Below, piece after piece: positions 50,001-62,089 of a stretch of 64,000 bases of DNA. Below the pieces are notes generated by a model. It did no database searches. It was given only the letters and a program-made list of their open reading frames with translations, and was not told where the DNA came from. Source of the stretch: Macrostomum hystrix (taxonomy: Eukaryota; Animalia; Platyhelminthes); the NCBI GenBank assembly GCA_950097015.1, contig CATNEN010000038.1, positions 10,292,001 through 10,356,000 of the forward strand. The letters run 5' to 3'. Numbering within the stretch: position 1 is the first letter of the stretch; each line of letters begins with the position of its first letter. A program made the translations under genes and the position numbers.

Positions 50001-53000
50001 GGGTGACAGCAGATACCCTGGAGAATCGGAGGATGGGGTGGGTGACAGCAGACACGCTGGAGAATCGGAGGATGGGGTGGGTGACAGCAGACACGCTGGA
50101 GAATCGGAGGATGGGGTGGGTGACAGCAGATACCCTGGAGAATCGGAGGATGGGGTGGGTGACAGCAGACACGCTGGAGAATCGGAGGATGGGGTGGGTG
50201 ACAGCAGACACGCTGGAGAATCGGAGGATGGGGTAGGTGACAGCAGACACCCTGGAGAATCGGAGGATGGGGTGGGTGACAGCAGACACGCTGGAGAATC
50301 GGAGGATGGGGTGGGTGACAGCAGACACGCTGGAGAATCGGAGGATGGGGTGGGTGACAGCAGACACGCTGGAGAATCGGAGGATGGGGTGGGTGACAGC
50401 AGACACCCTGGAGAATCGGAGGATGGGGTGGGGACTAGCCTGCGCATGTCATACTGAGAAAAGGCAGGCCATGAAATCATCCTTATTTCACAGCAACGCC
50501 CAATTAGACTAATTTGTTTCTGCAACAGATACTAATGCGATAACAACAATGCTTTAGCTTGAAAGTCGCTGGCATGACTGCTGTAGGACATATATATTCA
50601 ATCAGGAAATTATTCCTAGCTTAAAGACCGAAATTCCTTTTGCTTTGCAATAGGTAAGAAAAAATTGATCTCCCTGATATTCTCCCTGATTGCATCCAAA
50701 CAGGTAAAACATTCTGTTTTAAAAAATGACGAATTCCAATCGACAAACAAAATCAGACAAGCTACAGCTTCATCGCGATACAAAGCGAACACTTTTTAAA
50801 TAAAAAAAATGAATTGAACAGCTACACAACCTGAATAGCAGGTGCGCCGTGTTCTCAGTCAAACAAAAAACAGTGACAATAGTACAGCCAGTCACGCAAC
50901 TGAATCTATACGCTATTTAATTTCATTGTGAATGCGCTGATAGGAATGATTTTTTTCTGCTTCAGAAATCTGTGTTTAAAAAAAGCATGTTTCTATATCA
51001 AACCCTAAAGCAGTGCCTCAGAAACCTGGCTACCTGCTTCCTGCTACCTCATTCCAAAGGCATTTATTCAGTCATTCACTGCCTCATCCCCAGTTCTTAA
51101 GAGCCTCACCGAACTGTATAAGAATGCCTCAAACCCCAGTCCTTCAGCGCCTCATTCCCAGTCCTTCAGTGCCTCATCCCCAGTCCTTCACTGCCTCATC
51201 CCCAGTTCTTAAGAGCCTAACCGAACTGTATATGACTGCCTCATCCTCAGTTCTTAAGAGCCTAACCGAACTGTATATGACTGCCTCATCCTCAGTTCTT
51301 AAGAGCCTAACCGAACTGTATATGACTGCCTCATCCTCAGTTCTTAAGAGCCTCACCGAACTGTATATGACTGCCTCATCCTCAGTTCTTAAGAGCCTCA
51401 CCGAACTGTATATGACTGCCTCATCCCCAGTTCTTAAGAGCCTAACCGAACTGTATATGACTGCCTCATCCTCAGTTCTTAAGAGCCTCACCGAACTGTA
51501 TATGACTGCCTCATCCTCAGTTCTTAAGAGCCTAACCGAACTGTATATGACTGCCTCATCCTCAGTTCTTAAGAGCCTAACCGAACTGTATATGACTGCC
51601 TCATCCTCAGTTCTTAAGAGCCTCACCGAACTGTATATGACTGCCTCATCCTCAGTTCTTAAGAGCCTCACCGAACTGTATATGACTGCCTCATCCTCAG
51701 TTCTTAAGAGCCTCACCGAACTGTATATGACCGCCTCATTCCCAGTCCTTCAGTGCCTCACCGAACTGTATATGACCGCCTCATTCCCAGTCCTTCAGTG
51801 CCTCAACAACCAGTCCTTGAGCGCCTCATTCCCAGTCCTTCGTGCCTCAACAACCAGTCCTTCAGTGCCTCATCCCCAGTCCTTCAGTGCCTCATCCCCA
51901 GTCCTTCAGTGCCTCAACCACCAGTCCTTCAGTGCCTCAACCCCAATCCTTCAGTGCCTCATCCCTAGTCCTTCAGTGCCTCAACCCCAGTCCTTCAGTG
52001 CCTCAACCACCAGTCCTTCAGTGCCTCAACCCCAATCCTTCAGTGCCTCATCCCCAGTCCTTCAGTGCTTCAACCACCAGTCCTTCAGTGCTCCAACCAC
52101 CAGTCCTTCAGTGCCTCAACCCCAATCCTTCAGTGCCTCATCCCCAGTCCTTCAGTGCCTCAACCACCAGTCCTTCAGTGCCTCAACCCCAATCCTTCAG
52201 TGCCTCATACCCAGTCCTTCAGTGCTTCAACCACCAGTCCTTCAGTGCCTCAACCACCAGTCCTTCAGTGCCTCAACCACCAGTCCTTCAGTGCCTCAAC
52301 CACCAGTCCTTCAGTGCCTCAACCCCAATCCTTCAGTGCCTCATCCCCAGTCCTTCAGTGCCTCAACCACCAGTCCTTCAGTGCCTCAACCCCAATCCTT
52401 CAGTGCCTCATCCCCAGTCCTTCAGTGCTTCAACCACCAGTCCTTCAGTGCCTCAACCACCAGTCCTTCAGTGCCTCAACCCCAATCCTTCAGTGCCTCA
52501 TCCCCAGTCCTTCAGTGCCTCAACCACCAGTCCTTCAGTGCCTCAACCCCAATCCTTCAGTGCCTCATCCCCAGTCCTTCAGTGCTTCAACCACCAGTCC
52601 TTCAGTGCCTCAACCACCAGTCCTTCAGTGCCTCAACCCCAATCCTTCAGTGCCTCATCCCCAGTCCTTCAGTGCCTCAACCACCAGTCCTTCAGTGCCT
52701 CAACCCCAATCCTTCAGTGCCTCATCCCCAGTCCTTCAGTGCTTCAACCACCAGTCCTTCAGTGCTCCAACCACCAGTCCTTCAGTGCCTCAACCCCAAT
52801 CCTTCAGTGCCTCATCCCCAGTCCTTCAGTGCCTCAACCACCAGTCCTTCAGTGCCTCAACCCCAATCCTTCAGTGCCTCATCCCCAGTCCTTCAGTGCT
52901 TCAACCACCAGTCCTTCAGTGCTCCAACCACCAGTCCTTCAGTGCCTCAACCCCAATCCTTCAGTGCCTCAACCACCAGTCCTTCAGTGCCTCAACCACC

Positions 53001-56000
53001 AGTCCTTCAGTGCCTCAACCCCCAGTCCTTCGTGCCTCAACCACCAGTCCTTCGTGCCTCAACCACCAGTCCTTCGTGCCTCAACCACCAGTCCTTCAGT
53101 GCATCAATCCCCAATGCTGCGAAACATCCATTGAAACTAAAATACACAGACAATCTACTTTTAGAATCCCACTGCTTTGCCAATGGAAACATCTTGTCAT
53201 TGGTGTAGGCAGTCAGCAGTGAGCCAAAAGAGATATTTAAAACTAAATAGAGAAGTGAACTACATTAAAGTGCTGTGCAGAACTATAAGGAGCATATTGG
53301 AAAGTACAAATTAAACAATCAAGCGGTAGTACTTACACGGAGATGTCAAACAGAAGGCCGACAGGAAAGCCAGCTCGTTCTCATCGATTCGCAATGAGTC
53401 CCACTTGCGCGACACGTCAAAAAATTTAACAAACAGGTGCGACAGCATTGGATGCTTCGCCGATTGCAGGAACCGCCTAACAATAGCAATGTGAATATTT
53501 GAATCCCGCTTAGTTCAGCTTCTGTGTAAGTAGCAGATCTAGTGTCTATTCTAAACTGGCACAAATTGTCAATCATAAGTCTGTGAAGCGATCAGGATAT
53601 ACATGTAAACGAATACTCTAACACTGAAGTCCAATGAACTGTGACGACAGGCATCCATATCACTGGCAGAGCCCCATTGTTCAGACAGCTCACCATGTGA
53701 TCTGTTGGTAAGGGGCATGCAGAAAAACTGACTAGGGAATAATAGAATTACTGCTTATTTCTCACATTCTCTTACTAGTATTTACCTTGTAATCGACTAT
53801 TTATCCGTGTCTAACACACCATTCTATCCGTGTCAAACACACCATTATATCCGAGTCTAACACACCATCAATCCATCATGTCTAACACACCATTCTATCC
53901 GAGTCTAACACACCATTCTATCAGTGTCTAACACACCATTCTATCATTGTCTAACACACCATTCTATCCGTGTCTAACACACCATCAATCCATCATGTCT
54001 TACACACCATTCTATCCGTGTCTAACACACCATCAATCCATCATGTCTTACACACCATTCTATCCGTGTCTAACACACCATCAATCCATCATGTCTTACA
54101 CACCATTCTATCCGTGTCTAACACACCATCAATCCATCATGTCTTACACACCATTCTATCCGTGTCTAACACACCATTCTATCTGAGTCTTACAGACCAT
54201 TCTATCCGTGTCTTACACACCATTCTATCTGAGTCTTACAGACCATTCTATCCGTGTCTTACACACCATTCTATCTGTGTCTTACACACCATTCTATCCG
54301 TGTCTTACACACCATTCTATCTGAGTTTTACACACCATTCTATCTGTGTCTTACACACCATTCTATCTGTGTCTTACACACTATAATCTCTGTTTATGCT
54401 CACCTGGTGAGACGGAATTTCATAGTGGGGTCGATGATGTAATCCTGCTGGCTCTGAACCAAAGAAGCGCAGAACCTCATGGCCACTAGTTTGAAGCAAT
54501 GCTGTATAATTAGCCGCTTCTTATCTGCGTCAACAATGGCGTCAGAGCAGCTGGACACTGAGACTCTGTCCCGATCAGTTTGCACCAGCTGATGCTGATG
54601 CTGTGATGGCAACGAAGACGTGCTACCGAATATATTGCGAGTAAAAGCCACAATGCGAAGCATCAGCTGTGGTATGTAGTCTACCAGGGTGCCAACCACT
54701 GCAGCCTCGTCACGTTCAGTCGGCTCGTACAGCTGGGAACAGAAAAATAACAAATTTTGGTAAATGAGGAAGGATAGGGAAGAATGAAGCGTTAAGAGGA
54801 AGGGTTGGAAATGAATGAGGAAGGATTGGAAATGAATAAGGAAGGATTGGAAATGAATGGGAAGGATTGGAAATGAATGAGGAAGGATTGGAAATGAATG
54901 AGGAAGGATTGGAAATGAATGAGGAAGGATTGGAATGAATGAGGAAGGATTGGAAATGAATGAGGAAGGATTGGAATGAATGAGGAAGGATTGGAATTGA
55001 ATGAGGAAGGATTGGAAATGAATGAGGAAGGATTGGAAATGAATGAGGAAGGATTGGAAATGAATGAGGAAGGATTGGAAATGAATGAGGAAGGATTGGA
55101 ATGAATGAGGAAGGATTGGAATGAATGAGGAAGGATTGGAATGAATGTGGAAGGATTGGGAAAATGGAAAAGATTTGGAAATGATTGGGGAAGGATTGTA
55201 AATGTATGGGAATGGATTGGAACTAATTTCCGATTAGTCGGGAAGGTAGGAAACAATATTGTAATCTAAAACTCCGGTACTAAAGAAAAAACAAAGAACG
55301 GAAATGAACCAGCATGATCGTGAAAGACTAATTCACATCGCAGCCAAAGACAGACTGACTGAATCCGAGTCTCAAGGCATCAGTTATCAAAGCTAGAGAC
55401 GTTCTTTGACCACGCCCCAATGCTGGCACGACTCATTGCGAGCAAACAGAGAGCGGATGTAGAATAAGAGGGCCGTGTGGGGAAGCATCACGCGATTAGC
55501 TAAGATGCGAATGCTCGGGCAAGATTACGAGCCGCTTTAGTTTTTGGGATTTGAATTCTAGGATTAAATAATAATTTGCTGTATCACTATACGAAGATCA
55601 GAGAGAAAAGCTTCTTTACCTTCAACTAACAAAATTAAATCCGTCGCAATACTGTTTCTTGTAGAAAACGCGCCCACTACTAACTTATGATAGTCCTTTT
55701 GTAGTCTTACAATACTATATTTACCAGCAGGTGGATTGTACTGTGAGGTGATTGTGAGTGAGTGAGTTGCTGAGTGAGTGACTTAGTGAGTGAGTGAATA
55801 AATTAGTTAGTGAGTGAGTAAGTGAGTTGGTTAGTGATTAAGTGAGTGAGAATGCGAATAAATGAGTGAGTGAATAAATGAGTGGTTGAGTGAATAAGTG
55901 AGTTGGTGAGTTAGTTAGTGAGTGAGTGAGTGAGTGAGTGAGTGAGTGAGTGAGTGAGTGAGTGAGTGAGTGAAGAAATGAGTGGGTGAGTGAATAAGTG

Positions 56001-59000
56001 AGTTGGTGAGTTAGTTAGTTAGTTAGTGAGTGAGTGAGTGAGTGAGTGAGTGAATAAATGAGTGGTTGAGTGAATAAGTGAGTTGGTGAGTTAGTTAGTG
56101 AGTGAGTGAGTGAGTGAGTGAGTGAGTGAATAAATGAGTGGGTGAGTGAATAAGTGAGTTGGTGAGTTAGTTAGTTAGTGAGTGAGTGAGTGAGTGAGTG
56201 AGTGAGTGAGTGAGTGAGTGAGTGAGTGAATAAATGAGTGGGTGAGTGAATAAGTGAGTTGGTGAGTTAGTTAGTTAGTTAGTGAGTGAGTGAGTGAGTG
56301 AGTGAGTGAATAAATGAGTGGTTGAGTGAATAAGTGAGTTGGTGAGTTAGTTAGTTAGTGAGTGAGTGAGTGAGTGAGTGAGTGAGTGAGTGAGTGAGTG
56401 AGTGAGTGAATAAATGAGTGGGTGAGTGAATAAGTGAGTTGGTGAGTTAGTTAGTTAGTTAGTGAGTGAGTGAGTGAGTGAGTGAGTGAATAAATGAGTG
56501 GTTGAGTGAATAAGTGAGTTGGTGAGTTAGTTAGTGAGTGAGTGAGTGAGTGAGTGAGTGAGTGAATAAATGAGTGGTTGAGTGAATAAGTGAGTTGGTG
56601 AGTTAGTTAGTGAGTGAGTGAGTGAGTGAGTGAGTGAGTGAATAAATGAGTGGGTGAGTGAATAAGTGAGTTGGTGAGTTAGTTAGTTAGTGAGTGAGTA
56701 AGTGAGTGAGTGAGTGAGTGAGTGAGTGAATAAATGAGTGGGTGAGTGAATAAGTGAGTTGGTGAGTTAGTTAGTGAGTGAGTGAGTGAGTGAATAAATG
56801 AGTTAGTGAGTGAGTAAGTGAGTTGGTGAGTTAGTTAGTTAGTTAGTGAGTGAGTGAGTGAGTGAGTGAGTGAGTGAGTGAGTGAGTGAATAAATGAGTT
56901 AGTGAGTGAGTTGGTAAGTGAGTGAGTGAGTGAATAAATGAGTGAGTGAGTGAGTGAGTGAGTGAGTGAGTGAGTTGCTGAGTGAGTGACTTAGTGAGTG
57001 AGTGAATAAATTAGTTAGTGAGTGAGTAAGTGAGTGAGAATGCGAATAAATGAGTGAGTGAATAAGTGAGTTGGTGAGTTAGTTAGTTAGTGAGTGAGTG
57101 AGTGAGTGAGTGAGTGAATAAATGAGTGGGTGAGTGAATAAGTGAGTTGGTGAGTTAGTTAGTTAGTTAGTGAGTGAGTGAGTGAGTGAGTGAGTGAGTG
57201 AGTGAATAAATGAGTGGGTGAGTGAATAAGTGAGTTGGTGAGTTAGTTAGTGAGTGAGTGAGTGAGTGAGTGAGTGAGTGAGTGAATAAATGAGTTAGTG
57301 AGTGAGTTGGTAAGTGAGTGAGTGAGTGAATAAATGAGTGAGTGAGTGAGTGAGTGAGTGAGTGAGTGAGTGAGTGAGTGAGTGAGTGAATAAATGAGTG
57401 GGTGAGTGAATAAGTGAGTGGGTGAGTGAATAAGTGAGTTGGTGAGTTAGTTAGTTAGTTAGTGAGTGAGTGAGTGAGTGAGTGAGTGAGTGAGTGAGTG
57501 AGTGAGTGAGTGAGTGAATAAATGAGTGGGTGAGTGAATAAGTGAGTGGGTGAGTGAATAAGTGAGTTGGTGAGTTAGTTAGTTAGTTAGTGAGTGAGTG
57601 AGTGAGTGAGTGAGTGAGTGAGTGAGTGAGTGAGTGAGTGAGTGAATAAATGAGTGGGTGAGTGAATAAGTGAGTTGGTGAGTTAGTTAGTTAGTGAGTG
57701 AGTGAGTGAGTGAGTGAGTGATTGAGTGAGTGAATAAATGAGTTAGTGATTGAGTTGGTAAGTGAGTGAGTAAGTGAATTGGTGAGTGAGTGAGTAAGTG
57801 AGTGAGTGAGTGAGTGAGTGAGTGAGTGAGTGAATAAATGAGTGGGTGAGTGAATAAGTGAGTGGGTGAGTGAATAAGTGAGTTGGTGAGTTAGTTAGTT
57901 AGTTAGTGAGTGAGTGAGTGAGTGAGTGAGTGAGTGAGTGAGTGAGTGAGTGAATAAATGAGTGGGTGAGTGAATAAGTGAGTTGGTGAGTTAGTTAGTG
58001 AGTGAGTGAGTGAGTGAGTGATTGAGTGAGTGAATAAATGAGTTAGTGAGTGAGTTGGTAAGTGAGTGAGTGAGTGAATAAATGAGTGAGTGAGTGAGTG
58101 AGTTGGTGAGTGAGTGAGTTAGTCATGCATGAAGACATTGCAATTAAGCAAAGACATTTATCGATTTTGTTAGCCCGGAGACAAAGCAGCTTGCCTAGGT
58201 GATAATTACACGTGTGATACTTCCGGCTTTTAAGGTGAAATGTGTCCTTAAATTTACTTTTCTACGGTATGAGAGCAGCGAGCAGCACAGAGATGTCGGG
58301 AATACTAAAATAGCTTAAAATATTCTAGCAGTTCACACAGAATGTTCACAAATGAACATAATGAAAGACAAGGGGTGACAAAAGACACCTTTAAGATCAA
58401 GTAAATGCTACAACTCACCTGCGGGAGGCGTTCACTTCTAAACTGTCTCATTCGCTCCTGAGTGAAGTAGAATGTCAGGCGGTGACCCTCCAGAATTAGC
58501 CGGGAATTCTCGGCGATGACCGCGCCGCAGGCCCCATTGCCAGCGAATTGCGAATTGAGATCGGACTCCCAGTAGCAAACGAATTTGTCAACTGCAGTTA
58601 GAATGAGGTGAGAGACAACATTATTAAAGGACAGGCTGTTGTGCAGATCTTCCAGCTCGGCTGCGCGCAGTGGACCAGCCAGACGGCGACAGATGATTGA
58701 CAGCGGCGTCGACACCAGGCAGGACTTTTCTAGCCAGACCTTCTTGGGTGCGCGTGCCGCGGCGGCGTCTGCGGCAGCGGCGGAGGAGGCGGCAGCCGTA
58801 GCGCCTGGAACAGGAATGGCAGAATGACAGTCGGCGCTGACTGCGACGATCGAAGCGATCGACGACGAAGAAGAGCAGCCGGATAACGAAGACTGCCAGA
58901 TGGCGTCTCGACGACTGAGCAGCCTCAGACAATTTGGACTCGGCTGAGTAGGCTGCCGCTGCTGCTGCTGCTGCTGTGGCAATTTCAGAGTCAGCGACGG

Positions 59001-62000
59001 CGGTGTCGGGGGCGTAATTGGCTCCGGCGGCGACGGGTAGCGAAAATTGGCGCCGCTGACCCCACCTCCGCCGCCGCCACGATGAATGAGCTGCGAGGCA
59101 ACGTGCCGTCCTGACAGGCGACCCTCCAGCAGGCTGGGCAGGCTAGAGCGTGGCGGAGGAAGCGGCGGCGGCTGTGGCGGCGGTGGCAGCGACTGCGGCG
59201 GCGGCTGTGGCGGCGGTGGCAGCGACTGCGGCGACGGCAGCGCCTCCTTGCGAAAGCATGACCGCCTGCTGACCTGAGATTCGAACTCGCGCCGCTTCTG
59301 CTCAATGTAAGCCAGCAGGTGCTGGTCGCTGATGTCAGCAAGTGCAACACTGTCATCGGCAGCGCTGTCAATGAGTGATGCCGCAGTGGCAGCCTCGTTA
59401 GCGGGCTTCTGCCAGCCTGGCAGCATGATCTGGTCGTCAGCCGTGGCAGCCGCGGAGCTGTTGGATCGGCCTGCAGCAGCCGCGACGGCGTTAACTCCGC
59501 CAGCCCGCAGCTTGGCTCGTCGACCCAGTTTTGATCGCTGACGGCCCATGTTGACGGCGCAGCATTTTTTTAAGCGGCACCACTGGCAGGTGTTGCGCGT
59601 CTGCGGAGTCATCTCAAGTGGTACAGTGTGCGTGCAGGCGCCGCCGATATTGCGGGAAGACACGATGCGACGAAAGAAGCCCTGAATGCCGGCGGGACAG
59701 TCATGTTTGTGAAAGGTCCTGCGAAATATTCTCATGAAGGAAGTGAAGGATCTGGAGAGTGAAGGATCTAGAGAGTGAAGGATCTAGAGAGTGAAGGATC
59801 TAGAGAGTGAAGGATATAGAGTGAAGGATCTAGAGAGTGAAGGATCTAGAGAGTGAAGGATATAGAGAGTGAAGGATCTAGAGAGTGAAGGATCTAGAGA
59901 GTGAAGGATCTAGAGAGTGAAGGATCTAGAGAGTGAAGGATCTAGATATGTTAGACGTGTAATTTTAGATATGACAGTTAAATGTAACTTTGGCATGATT
60001 GCGTGCCACACTATAGGAGGCCAAATTCATTCGATCAGCTTGACACAGTGACAATAGCTAGCTAAGATAGAGAACAGTAGCAAATTGACACAAAAATGGA
60101 AAAGTTAAAATAACAATTGCTGCTCCTAAAAAACCCAAGCTTACCAGAGCGACCTCCTGATAATCCAACTGACGGTTCTCCCAATTAAAAGGGAAGAAAA
60201 TAGTTTGAAAATTAATTTTCTAATTTCTAACCCGTGACGCATCGCTTGGCCATAAGAGAATGATGTGGAATTGTTGCCTGTGTGTGTGGGGACAACTGGT
60301 CATGCCAGTATGAACAAACAATAGCTGGGGATAACAAATCTAGCTCGTAAATTATTTATCAGAGAAGCAGAGGCTTAGCTTATAGATGCCATTTGTCTCC
60401 CTACTAAATTTGACCAAGCCGATTAAGACAGGCATTGGAATATCGCAAACTAGATGGACGCTTTGTGCCTGATTCAATGGGGACTAATGTTCATCTGAAT
60501 TTCGATGCCAAATGTTATTCTTATTTTATAAGCGCTTATCGAGCTTGCAATTTCATATCTGTTACAGCTGGCAGAGAGTGAGGTGAGAGACAGACAACAG
60601 AAACTTTAGTGTCAAGAAAAGCAATCAAATCTACAAAAAAATTCGCCTTAGATACTAAATCTAAGAAATCATTTTCGAATTAAGGCTTACAAAACTAGGA
60701 GATTATATTAAAAAGTAAAATGGATCAGGGAGGGTAAAAGCAGGGGATCAGGGAGGGTAAAAGCAGGGGATCAGGGAGGGTAAAAGCAGGGGATCAGGGA
60801 GGGTAAAAGCAGGGGATCAGGGAGGGTAAAAGTAGGGGATCAGGGAGGGTAAAAGTAGGGGATCAGGGAGGGTAAAAGCAAGGGATCAGGGAGGGTAAAA
60901 GCAGGGGATCAGGGAGGGTAAAAGCAAGGGATCAGTGAGGGTAAAAGCAGGGGATCAGGGAGGGTAAAAGCAGGGGATCAGGGAGGGTAAAAGCAGGGGA
61001 TCAGGGAGGATAAAAGCAGGGGATCAGGGAGGGTAAAAGAAGGGGATCAGGGAGGGTAAAAGCAGGGGATCAGGGAGGATAAAAGTAGGGGATCAGGGAG
61101 GGTCACTCTCTAAAATGAGTAGCTGGACTGTCACTCTCTAAAATGAGTAGCTGGACTGTCACTCTCTAAAATGAGTAGCTGGACTGTCACTATCTAAAAT
61201 GAGTAGCTGGACTGCCACTCTCTAAAATGAGTAGCTGGACTGCCACTATCTAAAATGAGTAGCTGGACTGTCACTCTCTTAAATGAGTAGCTGGACTGTC
61301 ACTCTCTTAAATGAGTAGCTGGACTGTCACTCTCTTAAATGAGTAGCTGGACTGTCACTCTCTAAAATGAGTAGCTGGACTGTCACTCTCTTAAATGAGT
61401 AGCTGGACTGTCACTCTCTACTAAAATGAGTAGCTGGACTGTCACTCTCTTAAATGAGTAGCTGGACTGTCACTCTCTAAAATGAGTAGCTGGACTGTCA
61501 CTCTCTAAAATGAGCAGCTAGACTGTCACTCTCTTAAATGAGTAGCTGGACTGTCACTCTCTACTAAAATGAGTAGCTGGACTGTCACTCTCTTAAATGA
61601 GTAGCTGGACTGTCACTCTCTAAAATGAGTAGCTGGACTGTCACTCTCTAAAATGAGTAGCTGGACTGTCACTCTCTAAAATGAGTAGCTGGACTGTCAC
61701 TCCCAAGTTATATTATCTATCGTTATACGACTCAAACCGATTTAAGCCCAGGTGATATCTTAGCAGAAACTCACCTTGCAGCCTTCGCAGGCTGGCACTC
61801 CGTAGTGTACGCCGCTTGCCGCGTCCTGGCAGACGGCGCACCGACTGAGCGAAGAGTCCACTGCGCCAGCGCGGCCGCTTACAACCCCGACGCCTCCACC
61901 GACAACGTCGATGTTAGCCTTCAGCAGGTAGGACGATGATACAGACGGCTGCAGCCCTGGCGAACCGTTGGCGTACCTGTCAACCATGTCTTCGTCGTCG

Positions 62001-62089
62001 TCCTCATCGTCGTCGATAATTTCTTCATAACTGGCCGACGCCGGCATCGTCTCGGATGGCAAGCCAGGGTAGCGCCGCTCGAGGCTCAT
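47036..62089 (-). CDS. Nuclear receptor, NR1-type (ROR/HR3/E78/E75-like); exons 62089-61775, 59681-58419, 54732-54404, 53476-53337, 48369-48190, 47391-47036; 860 aa
   Basis: [25 protein letters not shown]|GFFRR...[12 protein letters not shown] (P-box EGCKG). [15 protein letters not shown]...[57 protein letters not shown]-2-like VYQEVF. All introns GT-AG with consistent phases; 2583 nt. Confidence 0.9.
47404..48040. repeat. 53-bp minisatellite x12, filling the last NR intron up to the acceptor
   Basis: ATGCGGATTTCTGGGTGTTTCTAA at 47404, 47457, etc. Confidence 0.95.
48425..50432. repeat. 39-bp G-rich minisatellite (~51 copies), intronic
   Basis: GGATGGGGTGGGTGACAGCAGACACSCTGGAGAATCGGA; gives spurious long ORFs on both strands. 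Confidence 0.97.
51080..53110. repeat. Compound minisatellite: 45-bp array (to ~51780) grading into a 20-22-bp array (CAGTCCTTCAGTGCCTCAACCAC)
   Basis: Direct inspection; intronic in the NR gene. Confidence 0.93.
53800..54382. repeat. 22/48-bp minisatellite (TGTCTWACACACCATTCTATCCG)
   Basis: Direct inspection; intronic. Confidence 0.92.
54795..55220. repeat. 20/21-bp purine-rich minisatellite (GAGGAAGGATTGGAAATGAAT)
   Basis: Direct inspection; intronic. Confidence 0.92.
55750..58122. repeat. Compound (GAGT)n/(TAGT)n microsatellite, 2.4 kb, with higher-order GAATAAAT punctuation
   Basis: Direct inspection; intronic. Confidence 0.97.
59743..59946. repeat. 16-bp minisatellite (GTGAAGGATCTAGAGA)
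   Basis: Direct inspection; intronic. Confidence 0.93.
60722..61702. repeat. Two abutting minisatellites: 23-bp (GGGGATCAGGGAGGGTAAAAGCA, to 61102) and 28-bp (GTCACTCTCTAAAATGAGTAGCTGGACT)
   Basis: Direct inspection; in the intron splitting the NR DNA-binding domain. Confidence 0.93.

Noticed and set aside
48348-50525. 725-, 681- and 431-aa ORFs on both strands
   Set aside because: Artefact of a stop-poor 39-bp repeat inside an NR intron whose flanking exons splice in frame without it
51013-53222. 731-, 430- and 385-aa ORFs
   Set aside because: Open in several frames of a compound minisatellite; intronic and antisense to the NR gene
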